Assembly: GCA_031082155.1 (NCBI GenBank)
Contig: JAVHLL010000007.1
Span: forward strand, 1,459 to 65,458
Length of the DNA stretch: 64,000 nt
Direction: 5' to 3'
Origin: Thermodesulfovibrionales bacterium
GTDB taxonomy: Bacteria > Nitrospirota > Thermodesulfovibrionia > Thermodesulfovibrionales > SM23-35
Shown here: positions 17,172-27,240 of the stretch, one piece after another
Layout of the letters: every line of letters begins with the position of its first letter
Numbering within the stretch: the stretch's first letter is position 1
Notes under the pieces: model-generated
Databases searched by the model: none
The model's input: the letters and a program-made list of their open reading frames with translations, nothing else
Told to the model about the DNA's origin: nothing
Position numbers and translations under genes: made by a program

Positions 17172-17966
17172 TTAAAAGAAACTCTCCGGGACAATAATTA
17201 CATCATCGGGTAGCACCGGTTCATCCATTTTCACTTTTTCGAGCACCTCTTCTTTCCCGTCCACTTTTCTGACAATTTTTACTTTACCTTTCGAAGCTTT
17301 ATCGCTGAATCCGCCCGCCATGGTTATGGCCTTGATAACGGTAGTTCCCTCCTCGCACTTATAGGCGTCGGGTTTTTTCACTTCTCCTGTTACATAGAAA
17401 ACTCCGGCCTTTGTCACATAGACACTATCGCCATCCGCAATCATGACGTCCAAGGATGTGTCCCCTTTTTCAATAAGGTCTTTGAGGTCGACCGTGATAA
17501 TATCTTCCTGATTGTCTGATACACCTGCTTTTCTCTTGATAATCGCTTTATCACCCGCATCCTTGTTCAGGCCGCCCGCTTCAGAAAGCAGCGCAAGGAA
17601 TGTAGTCTGTCCCGGAAGGACATAGAGCCCGGGGTTCTTGACTTCTCCGATGATAAATGCTTTCTTGCTCTTGAATTCCTGAATGAATATCGTAACCTGG
17701 GGTTTCACAACATATCCGTCAGAAAGGAGTAAGGATATTCTGTCTGTAATTTGAGTTATTGTTTGTCCCTTGACCTCAATGTGGCCTATGAGAGGAAAGT
17801 CAATAAACCCGTCACCGCTCACCCGGGATGTTGTGGTCAAATCGTCATGGTCGTATACTGTAACTTTCAGGACATCTCCTTCCCCTACCCGGTAATCCTG
17901 GGCAAATACATTTCCACCCGCCAAAATATTCAGAATCAGGCAGAAGATCAACGCATACTTGTTCAT
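17172..17966 (-). CDS. Polysaccharide export protein (Wza-like, Poly_export + SLBB)
   Basis: 264 aa with a signal peptide. 'YRVGEGDVLKVTVYDHDDL' and repeated SLBB-like segments are present. Confidence 0.8.
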   Translation of the reverse strand: MNKYALIFCLILNILAGGNVFAQDYRVGEGDVLKVTVYDHDDLTTTSRVSGDGFIDFPLIGHIEVKGQTITQITDRISLLLSDGYVVKPQVTIFIQEFKSKKAFIIGEVKNPGLYVLPGQTTFLALLSEAGGLNKDAGDKAIIKRKAGVSDNQEDIITVDLKDLIEKGDTSLDVMIADGDSVYVTKAGVFYVTGEVKKPDAYKCEEGTTVIKAITMAGGFSDKASKGKVKIVRKVDGKEEVLEKVKMDEPVLPDDVIIVPESFF

Positions 17967-18064
17967 ATTCTCATTATAATATAAGGCGAGCGAAAGTGAA
18001 ACAAATGAATGCCTTTATCTGAAGCCACTTCAGAAAAGTGCGGTTGTATTCTCATGTCCGGAGG

Positions 18065-19987
18065 CTATAATGATCCGGTAATTCTGACAAACATAACATT
18101 TGTAGTATAGTCGAAATCGGAGAAGCTCGAATCTCTCTTCATGAAAATATATCCTGCATCAGCGAACAACCATTCCCTGAACTTATATTGCAGCGCAAAG
18201 GCTCCATAGTAATAATCATCGTCAAGTGGAGCGGTTCTCCCGCCATAGGTAAATTCATCCTTGTATGCATCACGGGTGTACGATAGCTTGATATCAGCGG
18301 TTACCTTTGCAGTAATTCTCTGAAGATACTCAAGTTCAATGGTGTCAGAGACAACAAAATCCGTCGTGGAAATGTCAGTCTCGGTCGTTCTTCTGGACGC
18401 CTTCAGTATTAGAGACGTCTTGGGGGTGAAGTGGTGGTCGATCTGTGCCTCGAAGATAAAATCATTGCTCGTCTCTGTCGCCGATGCAAAATCCTTCGTT
18501 CCATATCCTGCTTTTATGCTTCCTTTCGACTTTGCAGTGATATCCCACTGTATCCCGCCGAAATAGTGATGTTCCTGACTGTCTGAAACTATATTCTTAT
18601 CATAGGTTATATCGATATATTCATATTCTATGAAGAACCGCATCTTCGGCGTGGCCTTATAAAACGTATAGGCTGACAGGGACCAGTCATGACGATCCCG
18701 GTAATTATTTCGTGCCTTGGCATAATTGACGAGGAAGTAAGAAGAATCGACTCTGAGTTCGAGCCGTTCGCTTATGGCATATTTCACAATAAAATTTGCG
18801 AGGTTCGTCCTGAACTTGTCGAGCTCAGCGTAAATGCCGCTTCCCCTGTCATCGTGTGAATCTATATACTGGTCCATAACTTCGAACGAGAGTCCGCCGC
18901 GCAGGTTGTATTGAAAGAATCCCTCAAACTTATGGTTTACGGCGTCTTCTGATGAATGTTTTGCGAATTTCTCGATATCGGCATTATAAAAGAGATATGC
19001 CTGATATCGCTTAAATTCTTCCGGCTTGTATCTGCTGAGGGAAAAACCACCAGGGGAAATATCAGATGTTTCGACCCTGAGCAGTTTTTCATACACATGA
19101 GGGACCGCCAGCCAGATACCAGGCGAAAGGACAGTGATAAAGTCATCGTCCTTCCTGTCATTGCTGTAAAAGACGTTGTCAATATAGTACTCGGTAATCG
19201 AGAGGAAAGGATGCACAAACCCCCCTCTTTTCCCCAAGACGTCTTTCGACACCCTTTCCTTTGGCGTCCCGACCGGCAACTCCTCCGGGACTGCTTTCCC
19301 GGGAGTTTCCCGAATTATGTCAGGTGAAGGGGGAGGAGGCTCAGCTTTTGTGGTTATAACAGGTTGAGAGGTCTTGTCAATCTCCCCGGAAAGAACAGTA
19401 CTGCCCGATTGCACCTGGGGTTTTTCCGCAGAGACAACATAGATGGGTTGCCCGTTCCCGGTGGGCACTTCTCTCATCATCACCAGATATCCGGCTTTTT
19501 CCATATTCCCTGAAAATTCTTCTCCTTCTGCCTTACTGGAGAAGTTCCTCAGAACCAGGAGCAGGTCCTCTTCCTGTACGGCCCGATCCTGTGCGAGTTG
19601 CCGGGGTGTTTCCGGAGGGAGTGAATCTTGCGCCTCCTCTGCCACTATATTTTCTGCAAATTTTCGAGGCAGTTTGTCCTTGTGTGTCGCCCCTCCCTGC
19701 TTACGGATATATACTTTGTATATTGTCTGATTTTCATTGGTAACGACTGCCAAAACAACAGGTTCCATCCCGTCCCGTTCAAGTTTCTCTGCAAGCCGCT
19801 CTGCATTCTTCCTGATCTGAAAAGCCCCCATCTGTTTCAGGGTATTTCCCGGAGGGGCATCTTTTCTCTCCATAACGATTTCCTGATCAGTGGCGTCAGC
19901 AGTCCGGATTGCAAAAAGATCGGCAGAATATAAAACCGTAGAGGGGAAAAGCAGGAATACCATCAACAATATAATGCTTTGTGCCAT
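18065..19987 (-). CDS. SPOR-like repeats fused to an outer-membrane beta-barrel (EPS-associated OMP)
   Basis: Start reset to ATG 19987 ('MAQSIILLMVFLLFPS' signal). The N-terminal 'QMGAFQIRKNAERLAEKL...YKVYI' is SPOR-like. The C-terminal ~400 aa has alternating aromatic/hydrophilic beta-strand pattern. Confidence 0.6.
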   Translation of the reverse strand: MAQSIILLMVFLLFPSTVLYSADLFAIRTADATDQEIVMERKDAPPGNTLKQMGAFQIRKNAERLAEKLERDGMEPVVLAVVTNENQTIYKVYIRKQGGATHKDKLPRKFAENIVAEEAQDSLPPETPRQLAQDRAVQEEDLLLVLRNFSSKAEGEEFSGNMEKAGYLVMMREVPTGNGQPIYVVSAEKPQVQSGSTVLSGEIDKTSQPVITTKAEPPPPSPDIIRETPGKAVPEELPVGTPKERVSKDVLGKRGGFVHPFLSITEYYIDNVFYSNDRKDDDFITVLSPGIWLAVPHVYEKLLRVETSDISPGGFSLSRYKPEEFKRYQAYLFYNADIEKFAKHSSEDAVNHKFEGFFQYNLRGGLSFEVMDQYIDSHDDRGSGIYAELDKFRTNLANFIVKYAISERLELRVDSSYFLVNYAKARNNYRDRHDWSLSAYTFYKATPKMRFFIEYEYIDITYDKNIVSDSQEHHYFGGIQWDITAKSKGSIKAGYGTKDFASATETSNDFIFEAQIDHHFTPKTSLILKASRRTTETDISTTDFVVSDTIELEYLQRITAKVTADIKLSYTRDAYKDEFTYGGRTAPLDDDYYYGAFALQYKFREWLFADAGYIFMKRDSSFSDFDYTTNVMFVRITGSL

Positions 19988-20381
19988 AATCCTTATAAAA
20001 TAATTATTTAATGATATTTTTACAGTAAAAATATTAACATACACATTAAAAAAAATCCACTATAAAGTCAATTAAATAATAGAATATACAGATAGTTGCG
20101 TCATTAAATTGCAACTTTTTCTTGAGTATTTTCTTTAATGAGTTTCTGTTTATAAAGTGCGCTTCCAATAAAAAAGCCCCTTTTCTCGAAGGCGGGAATT
20201 CAGTTTTCTCAATAGCTCCGGGTTGTCCGGTAAATCCGGACCACGACGATTTTAAAGTATTTTCTTGACGGGTTGCTACCATACGGAACTCCATTGAGTA
20301 AATTTCGCATCACCAGTCCGATTATCCCGTTTTTTATGACTTTTCCGGGCCTCCCTGATATACTTGTAAGAGAGGTGCTAT

Positions 20382-21125
20382 ATGCGGTATATCTACTATA
20401 TCCTTGCCATCGTTCTGGTTCTTTCCGCAATCATCGCATATGAGTTGAAGAGCAAACCTCGTACACCGCAGGACACCGCGCTTACGGTAAATGAGAGGGT
20501 TATCTCGGTTGATGAATACAACAAGCTCTATGCCGCTCGTCCTTACGGTGCAGAATCGAAGAGTGAATTCATCAATGACCTCATCGTAAAAGCGTTGCTC
20601 ATACAGGAAGCCCAGAAACAGGGCATAGACAAAGAAGAATCTTTCAGAAGATCTATACAGAATTTCTATGAGCAATCTCTGACCAAGATACTTATTGACA
20701 GAAAATTCTCTTCCCTTGATTTCTCCATAAGTGATGAGGATTTCAACCGGCAACTTGCATTGCTCACGAAGCGCTTTCACATAACCATCACTACATCCGG
20801 CACCGCGGAAGAAGCACAGCAGGGGAAATACCGGAAAAGCGAAAAAAAGGTGGTATATTTCGACGATCTTTCACAGAACCTGAAGGACGCTGTCGTTTCC
20901 CTGTCCGAGGGCAAAACTTCTGCACCGATAAGCGCCGGGGAGCAGTATCTGGTGATCAGGCTTGATAAGGTCGAACCTGGCCCTTCCCGTACGATTTCTG
21001 AATCAGAAAAAGAAAAGATAAAGGCCCTGCTTGTTGAAGAGAAAAAAGAAACATTGATCAATGAATGGATTGCTGACTTGAAGAGCAAAGCAACGATAAA
21101 AATTCCGGGCGCAGGGGAAAAATAG
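20382..21125 (+). CDS. SurA N-terminal-domain-like periplasmic chaperone/PPIase-related protein
   Basis: 247 aa with an N-terminal TM anchor. 'FINDLIVKALLIQEAQKQGI' is typical of the SurA_N/PpiD-like chaperone domain. Confidence 0.5.
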   Translation: MRYIYYILAIVLVLSAIIAYELKSKPRTPQDTALTVNERVISVDEYNKLYAARPYGAESKSEFINDLIVKALLIQEAQKQGIDKEESFRRSIQNFYEQSLTKILIDRKFSSLDFSISDEDFNRQLALLTKRFHITITTSGTAEEAQQGKYRKSEKKVVYFDDLSQNLKDAVVSLSEGKTSAPISAGEQYLVIRLDKVEPGPSRTISESEKEKIKALLVEEKKETLINEWIADLKSKATIKIPGAGEK

Positions 21126-21135
21126 GGGGTCTTCC

Positions 21136-21738
21136 ATGAAGAGAACATGGAGAAGAAGAAACTATTTCATCAAAAAAGACCTGCAGGGGAAGTACATATT
21201 CAGTTTTTTTATCTTTGTCGTTCTGGGAAGCATTCTGTTCACGGCAATCTTCAGCTTCCTTTCATCGGATACGCTGACCATCGTATATGACAACTACAAT
21301 GTCAGGATCGGGCAAACCCCATTGGTGCTCCTGAAAGAGATCCTGAGCGCCCACTGGATATTCATAGTTACCGGAGGATTTCTTGTCGTGATCCTGTCGA
21401 TGTTCCTTACCCATCGTTTCGCAGGTCCCCTCTACCGGTTCGAGAAATCTGTGGAAGAAATGATCGGCGGAAATTTCGCTTTCCAGATATGGCTGCGGAA
21501 CAAAGACGAAGGCAAGGACCTTGCCGAAAAAATGAACCGGCTCATCATGATGCTTTCCTCATCCCTGAAAGATTTAAAACAAATGAATGCGGACATGGAG
21601 AATACCCTGTCAGACACCTCCCGAATCCTGGACGAGACAGATTGCGGCAAGGAGGCATCCGGCAATCTGACGAAGGCTCAGGGGTTAAACAGACAGATGA
21701 ACGAAATACTGGACCGTTTCAAGGTGAAACAAGAATGA
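21136..21738 (+). CDS. Two-TM membrane protein with HAMP-like domain
   Basis: 200 aa. Two TM segments are followed by 'HRFAGPLYRFEKSVEEMIGGNF' (HAMP-like) and a coiled coil. Confidence 0.5.
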   Translation: MKRTWRRRNYFIKKDLQGKYIFSFFIFVVLGSILFTAIFSFLSSDTLTIVYDNYNVRIGQTPLVLLKEILSAHWIFIVTGGFLVVILSMFLTHRFAGPLYRFEKSVEEMIGGNFAFQIWLRNKDEGKDLAEKMNRLIMMLSSSLKDLKQMNADMENTLSDTSRILDETDCGKEASGNLTKAQGLNRQMNEILDRFKVKQE

Positions 21739-21758
21739 TGTTTCCAAGATGATATCCC

Positions 21759-22292
21759 ATGCACGGAAACATCTGCAGAGTAGTAGTGATAATCCTCTTC
21801 ATTTCTTCGCTCTCCTCAATCTCATGGGCCCATGAACTGAAATCGCGCTTTACCACGATCGTCTATAACAGTGAAGACCTGGTCCGTAAATTCAACAAAG
21901 AACTTTCACTTGGCCGTCTCTCCTATCTCCTGAAAAACAGACCCGGCATCACCGTTGAAGACGAGGTGGGGAATAAAGTAGATGTGATCATTGAACGGGT
22001 AGAAACCATTCTCGAGATGTTCCCCAGAGACGTCAAATTCACGATCATCCTTTTGCCTTCCGAAGACGAAGTTCAGGCGGTATACAAAAATAAATACGGG
22101 AGAAGTGTTGACTATATCGCGTTCTACGCGCCAAAAGACAGGATTCTGTATATCTCGGTAAGGGACGTGGACATCGGCGTCCTAGCCCATGAAATAGCTC
22201 ATGTTATCATAGATTTCTATTACGGCATATCCACGCCGACGAAAATCCACGAGGTTCTGGCCCAATACGTGGAAACACATCTGAAAGACTAG
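21759..22292 (+). CDS. Secreted hypothetical protein with HExxH motif
   Basis: 177 aa with a signal peptide. 'LAHEIAHVIIDFYY' suggests a metallopeptidase-like fold. Confidence 0.45.
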   Translation: MHGNICRVVVIILFISSLSSISWAHELKSRFTTIVYNSEDLVRKFNKELSLGRLSYLLKNRPGITVEDEVGNKVDVIIERVETILEMFPRDVKFTIILLPSEDEVQAVYKNKYGRSVDYIAFYAPKDRILYISVRDVDIGVLAHEIAHVIIDFYYGISTPTKIHEVLAQYVETHLKD

Positions 22293-22332
22293 CCTGCTTC
22301 ATTCATGGCGAATGCTATTCCAATGGCTGTCC

Positions 22333-22368
22333 TTATCCGGCTTGACCGGATAATCCGGTTCTTTTCTT
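22333..22368 (+). terminator. Putative intrinsic terminator
   Basis: A TTATCCGG-CTTGA-CCGGATAA 8-bp hairpin is followed by a T-rich tract (TTCTTTTCTT), 41 nt after the stop of 21759-22292. Confidence 0.45.
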
Positions 22369-22511
22369 GAAAACTTTGGATACTGGCTCCCATCCTCTGA
22401 CTTGATCGGGGAATGACGGAAAAAGAGCTTACATAACTTTTAAGGATAAATAGCATAAATTATTTGTTACCTATGACGAAGAGAGGGAAATGAGTGAGAT
22501 ATTGAGTGGAA

Positions 22512-23042
22512 CTAAAAGGTAGCCGGGCTTATTACTCCACCGCCCCTCGCATCACCGGGCAGCCCTATCTCAATGCTCGGCAGCCCGGCAGCAAGTGGTG
22601 GTGAATAACCCAGTCCGGTCTCGAGGGCTTTTGCAACCTCTGCCGGACTTGCTCCTGCTTGAATCGCACACCGGGAACAGACGTCAGAAGTTGCACCGGC
22701 GGCAAGTGCCCCAACAATGACCTGTTCGATATTGCCGCCACCTTCGATTGCGCAGCGTACGACGAGACAGGCATCGTGACCCAGTTCAATACTGGATTTC
22801 ACGGTCTCTTTTGTATCCAGGCCATTTTTCAAGACCTGTTTCACGGCCGGGCAAATATCCTTGGTTTCCTTGTATTCTTTCGAGACGGTATCTTTGACCG
22901 TTCCCGTCTCCTGAGCACTCACTGCAGATACTGCTCCAAAAGCAGTAATACCCAATACCACAATAAGAAGCATCGCGAGTTTTCTTATGCGCAGAACACT
23001 ATTCATACTTAATTTTGTAACAAAAAGGGTATCCATTGTCAA
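22512..23042 (-). CDS. Secreted Ala/Gly/Cys-containing hypothetical protein
   Basis: 176-aa ORF; Met13 (nt 23006) is the likelier start, just before the signal-like 'LAMLLIVVLGITAFGAVSAVSA'. It has an internal duplication-like pattern 'DAC.VVRCAIEGGG' / 'DVCSRCAIQAGAS'. Confidence 0.45.
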   Translation of the reverse strand: MTMDTLFVTKLSMNSVLRIRKLAMLLIVVLGITAFGAVSAVSAQETGTVKDTVSKEYKETKDICPAVKQVLKNGLDTKETVKSSIELGHDACLVVRCAIEGGGNIEQVIVGALAAGATSDVCSRCAIQAGASPAEVAKALETGLGYSPPLAAGLPSIEIGLPGDARGGGVISPATF

Positions 23043-23056
23043 GGGAAAACGACAGG

Positions 23057-23932
23057 TTATGGGATAACCTTATTCAGTGGATATTCGACAATACCCGATG
23101 CCCCTGCCTTTTTGAGTTTCGGAATGAGGTCTCTGACGGTCTTTTCGTTGATCATCACCTCAAGCGCATACCACCCCTTGTCAGAAAGTGCAGAGATTGT
23201 CGGTGAATGCAACGCTGATAAAAGGCTCATGACCCGTTTCAGTGACTTGTCCGATACATTCATTTTCAGTCCGACCTGTTCTTCTGCTGCGAGGGCTCCT
23301 TTCAGGAGCATTACGATGTTCTCCATCTTCTGTTTTTTCCACTTGTCCTGCCAGCTCTGCTTATTCGCAATGAACCGGGTACTTGACAGCAGGATGGTTT
23401 CGAGCACCCTGAGATTATTCGCCCTGAGCGATGCCCCTGTTTCTGTCAGTTCCACGATCGCATCGGCAAGGTGGGGAGGTTTGACTTCTGTTGCTCCCCA
23501 GGAGAAATCCACCTCCGCTTTCACTCCTTTTGATTTCAGGTAACGTTTTGTGAACCCGACGAGCTCTGTTGCAATGCGTTTGCCGTTCAGGTCTTTGACG
23601 GTATTTATTCTGGAATCGTTCGGAACGGCGATGACCCATTTGACCGGCCTGAGCCCCTCTTTTGCGTAGATAAGTTCAGCGACTTCAAACACAGAGGCAT
23701 TCTGCTCGAGTATCCAGTCCTTCCCCGTAAGTCCGCAATCAATGATACCGGCCTCGACATATCCTGCCACTTCCTGTGCCCTGATCAGCATCGCCTCAAT
23801 CTCGGGATCGTCGAAAGACGGATAATAAGACCGGCTTGAGACGTTGATATGATATCCTGCCTTGCGAAAAAGTTTTAATGTTGATTCTTGCAGGCTTCCC
23901 TTGGGAAGGCCCAGTTTTAATATCTTGCTCAT
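23057..23932 (-). CDS. hisG: ATP phosphoribosyltransferase, long form
   Basis: 291 aa. '[12 protein letters not shown]', 'DCGLTGKDW' and '[16 protein letters not shown]' are present, plus the C-terminal regulatory domain. Confidence 0.9.
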   Translation of the reverse strand: MSKILKLGLPKGSLQESTLKLFRKAGYHINVSSRSYYPSFDDPEIEAMLIRAQEVAGYVEAGIIDCGLTGKDWILEQNASVFEVAELIYAKEGLRPVKWVIAVPNDSRINTVKDLNGKRIATELVGFTKRYLKSKGVKAEVDFSWGATEVKPPHLADAIVELTETGASLRANNLRVLETILLSSTRFIANKQSWQDKWKKQKMENIVMLLKGALAAEEQVGLKMNVSDKSLKRVMSLLSALHSPTISALSDKGWYALEVMINEKTVRDLIPKLKKAGASGIVEYPLNKVIP

Positions 23933-24072
23933 TGTTCCGTCCTTTCGAACCTGTATGTACGGGTTTACGCTATGATATAATAAATTAAATCTTTTGAAAA
24001 TAGCTGAGGTTTCACCTGCAGAAATACAGTGTACAGCAGTTGATATTTTAGCATATCGCAGATATTGTTACA

Positions 24073-27000
24073 ATGCCGGCAGACCTTACCTTTCTGAAAA
24101 ATAGTATCAGTCAGCTCAATGTCCGGAACCGTATTTATAATCTCACCGGTTCTTCCCTCGCGCTGTTTCTCGCTCTCTGTGAGGATCCCTTTCTTGCGGT
24201 AGAACCGACCGAAGAGAACGCCCGGGAACTCCATGGAGATATCATCTTTTTCAGGGAAGCGCTGCAAAGGGCCCCTGTCCTTTTCCTTCCTGAACCAGAT
24301 GGCTCTCCGGTCTCCGGTGAACGTGCGCGAACGGTCTTTTCCCTCAGTGAAGTTCATTCCCTCGTGACTTCTTTCCCAAACCTTGAGACATCACTCTGGT
24401 CCGGGGAACAGGTTCGGGAGAGCATCATCCATCTTTCCCTGGGTCAGGAGATGGGAAGAGCAGAGATCGAGCTGAAACTGGAGAAGACAGGGTACAGGAA
24501 AGTTCCGCTCGTTACGGAACAGGGGGAATACAGCCGCCACGGATGGCTTATCGACATCTTCCCCTCCACGGCAGAAGCCCCGCTCCGGATAGAGTTCTTC
24601 GGGGATGTGATCGAACATATAAGAACCTTCGATATCGATACGCAGCGGTCCGGCGAAGAGGTGCCTCACTCCCTGATTTTCCCGTCAGAAGACACACTTG
24701 ATGGGTTTCCTCTTCTTGAAACGATGAAAGGAACCCGTTCCTTTTTTTCCGATTCACTCCAGGAGAGAGAGGATCTCCCGGACAACAGCGTTTTTCTTTC
24801 ACGGTACTCTATAGCCGGCCCCGGTCATGATGCAGGAACACTCTCCCTGCAAGGGCTGGGGATTCTGCCCCGTGAGAGAAAGAATTTAGAGGAACTGCAC
24901 CGCGGCATCGACTCCCTTATGCGAGAAAACAGAATTATTCTCGTTGCTTCTTCACAGGGCCAGGCTGACCGGACGAGAGAGATCCTACAGGAAGGCGGCA
25001 TCATAGCGCCCCTTATTGCTCATAGTGAAATATTTTCATACGAAGGTGTTGTGTCCGTATCCGTCGGCTGCCTCTCCTCCGGGTTTTTTGCCCCGGGATT
25101 GGTGGTTCTTACTGAGAAAGAACTCTTCGGGGAAAGACCAGGATACCGGCCAATCAAAAAATCAAGAGTTTCAAAACTGCTTACTGTACTCGATGACCTG
25201 AGACCGGGCGACTTCGTGGTCCATAAAGACCATGGCATAGGCAAATTTCACGGTTTATACACTCAGACTACGGAAGGGGTCAAAGAAGACCTTTTGCTTA
25301 TCTCATACGAAGGCGGAAGACTGTATATTCCCCTGCAAAGCATCAACCATATCCACAAATTCCATACTGAGGAAGGTATCGTCCCCAAAATTGACAGGCT
25401 TGGCGGCAAAACATGGCAGCATACCAGAGAAAAGGTAAAAAAGAAGATACGCGAGATGGCAGAGAAGCTCGTCACGCTCTATGCGGCACGGGAGGTGATT
25501 AAAGGGGTTTCGTTCAGTTCCGACACTGAACTCCATAAGGAATTCGACAGTTTTTTCCCCTATGAAGAAACACCCGATCAGATAAAGTCCATAGAGGATA
25601 TTAAACAGGACATGGAATCGGAAAAACCGATGGACAGACTCATCTGCGGCGATGTCGGATACGGGAAGACAGAAGTTGCTATGAGAGCTGCATTCAAGGC
25701 AGTATATGACGGATGCCAGGTAGCAGTCCTTGTTCCCACAACCATACTCTGCGAACAACATTACAGAACCTTTAAGTCACGGTTCACGGCATTCCCTGTG
25801 AAGGTCGACTACCTCAGCAGGTTCAAGCCCGGGAAGGAACAGAAAGAAACAGGGAAATCCCTCGCAAACGGGGATATCGACATTCTCATCGGGACACAGA
25901 GCCTGCTCGGCAGGGACATCCTGTTCCACAGGCTTGGGCTCCTTGTCATCGATGAAGAACACCGCTTCGGAGTGAGACAGAAAGAAAAGATTAAGGAGCT
26001 GAAAAAAGGAGTCGACGTGATCACACTCACTGCAACTCCGATACCCCGGACACTCTCCATGGCGCTCTCGGATATCAGAGATATGAGTCTTATCGAGACG
26101 CCTCCTGAAGAAAGGCTCGCAGTCAAAAGCGTCATTTCTCGCTTTCAGGAAGAACTCATCAGGGACGCAGTAAGCAGAGAGCTCGCACGGAACGGGCAGG
26201 TATTTTTTGTCCATAACAGAATAAAGGATATCGATAAAATTTCCGGTCACCTTAGAAAGCTGCTCCCTGCAGCACGGATAGCCGTCGCACACGGACAGAT
26301 GACGGAGAAGGAACTTGAAAAGGTCATGCTCGCATTCTATGAACATACTCTCGATGTGCTCGTCTCAACCGCAATCATAGGCTCGGGGCTCGATATCCCG
26401 ACAGCAAACACTATCATTATCAACAGGGCTGATGCCATGGGGCTTGCGGACCTTTATCAGCTCAGGGGACGCGTTGGTAGAGGCAATGTGAAGGCATATG
26501 CCTATTTTCTCATTCCCGGCGAGGACAGCATCACTGAGGTCGCAAGGAAAAGGCTGCAGGCGTTGCAGGAGATGAGCTATCTCGGCGCAGGGTTCAGGCT
26601 TGCACTGAAGGACCTTGAAATCAGAGGGGCAGGGAACCTGCTCGGTGCTGAACAGTCAGGACATATTCATGCCGTTGGGTTTGACCTTTACATGGAGATG
26701 CTCGAAAAAGCGGTCGCAGAACTGAAGGGAGTTCCAATAGAAGAAGAGTTCGACCCGTCAATCAATCTCAGGGTCGACGCTTTTATTCCGGAAGAGTATA
26801 TTGATGACATGACGGTTCGGCTAAGCACCTACCGGAAAATCGCTTCGTGCAGGACTGAAGAGTCGGTGAAATCTGTTGCCACGGAACTTGAGGACCGCTT
26901 CGGTAAGATACCGAAAGAGGCGGGGAACCTCGTTGCCATCATGAGCCTGAAAATTATCGCCAGAAAACTGCTCATCACAAAAATTCTGGAAGCAAATGAA

Positions 27001-27201
27001 AAAATAAGGATTCTCTTCTCTCCTGAAACAAGTGTTGAGCCCGGAGAAATATTCGCACTGCAAGAGAACAGTGAGAGGACGATTCGGTTTCTTCCGGACG
27101 GTTTCGAAGTAACCCTGAAAGGCATGGCGCGCAAGGATATTCTCTGTGCAGTTTCGGCAATTCTGTTTGAACTCGATACAAAACGTCCTTTACTTGTATA
27201 A
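24073..27201 (+). CDS. mfd: Transcription-repair coupling factor
   Basis: 1042 aa. CarD-like 'GDFVVHKDHGIGKF', helicase motifs 'DRLICGDVGYGKTEVA', 'VIDEEHRFG' and 'QLRGRVGRG', and a TRCF C-terminal domain. Confidence 0.9.
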   Translation: MPADLTFLKNSISQLNVRNRIYNLTGSSLALFLALCEDPFLAVEPTEENARELHGDIIFFREALQRAPVLFLPEPDGSPVSGERARTVFSLSEVHSLVTSFPNLETSLWSGEQVRESIIHLSLGQEMGRAEIELKLEKTGYRKVPLVTEQGEYSRHGWLIDIFPSTAEAPLRIEFFGDVIEHIRTFDIDTQRSGEEVPHSLIFPSEDTLDGFPLLETMKGTRSFFSDSLQEREDLPDNSVFLSRYSIAGPGHDAGTLSLQGLGILPRERKNLEELHRGIDSLMRENRIILVASSQGQADRTREILQEGGIIAPLIAHSEIFSYEGVVSVSVGCLSSGFFAPGLVVLTEKELFGERPGYRPIKKSRVSKLLTVLDDLRPGDFVVHKDHGIGKFHGLYTQTTEGVKEDLLLISYEGGRLYIPLQSINHIHKFHTEEGIVPKIDRLGGKTWQHTREKVKKKIREMAEKLVTLYAAREVIKGVSFSSDTELHKEFDSFFPYEETPDQIKSIEDIKQDMESEKPMDRLICGDVGYGKTEVAMRAAFKAVYDGCQVAVLVPTTILCEQHYRTFKSRFTAFPVKVDYLSRFKPGKEQKETGKSLANGDIDILIGTQSLLGRDILFHRLGLLVIDEEHRFGVRQKEKIKELKKGVDVITLTATPIPRTLSMALSDIRDMSLIETPPEERLAVKSVISRFQEELIRDAVSRELARNGQVFFVHNRIKDIDKISGHLRKLLPAARIAVAHGQMTEKELEKVMLAFYEHTLDVLVSTAIIGSGLDIPTANTIIINRADAMGLADLYQLRGRVGRGNVKAYAYFLIPGEDSITEVARKRLQALQEMSYLGAGFRLALKDLEIRGAGNLLGAEQSGHIHAVGFDLYMEMLEKAVAELKGVPIEEEFDPSINLRVDAFIPEEYIDDMTVRLSTYRKIASCRTEESVKSVATELEDRFGKIPKEAGNLVAIMSLKIIARKLLITKILEANEKIRILFSPETSVEPGEIFALQENSERTIRFLPDGFEVTLKGMARKDILCAVSAILFELDTKRPLLV

Positions 27202-27240
27202 TGGTTTCTGATACCTTTTAAGAGATATGCAAGAAGGAGA

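Noticed and set aside
20170-20381. A ~210-nt leader upstream of the SurA-like gene with a GTCCGG-TAAAT-CCGGAC hairpin, considered as a possible riboswitch or SRP/6S-like RNA.
   Set aside because: No match to SRP, 6S or riboswitch consensus sequences that I can recall. There is only one short hairpin and no second copy for covariation. Most simply it is the divergent promoter region of the EPS operon.
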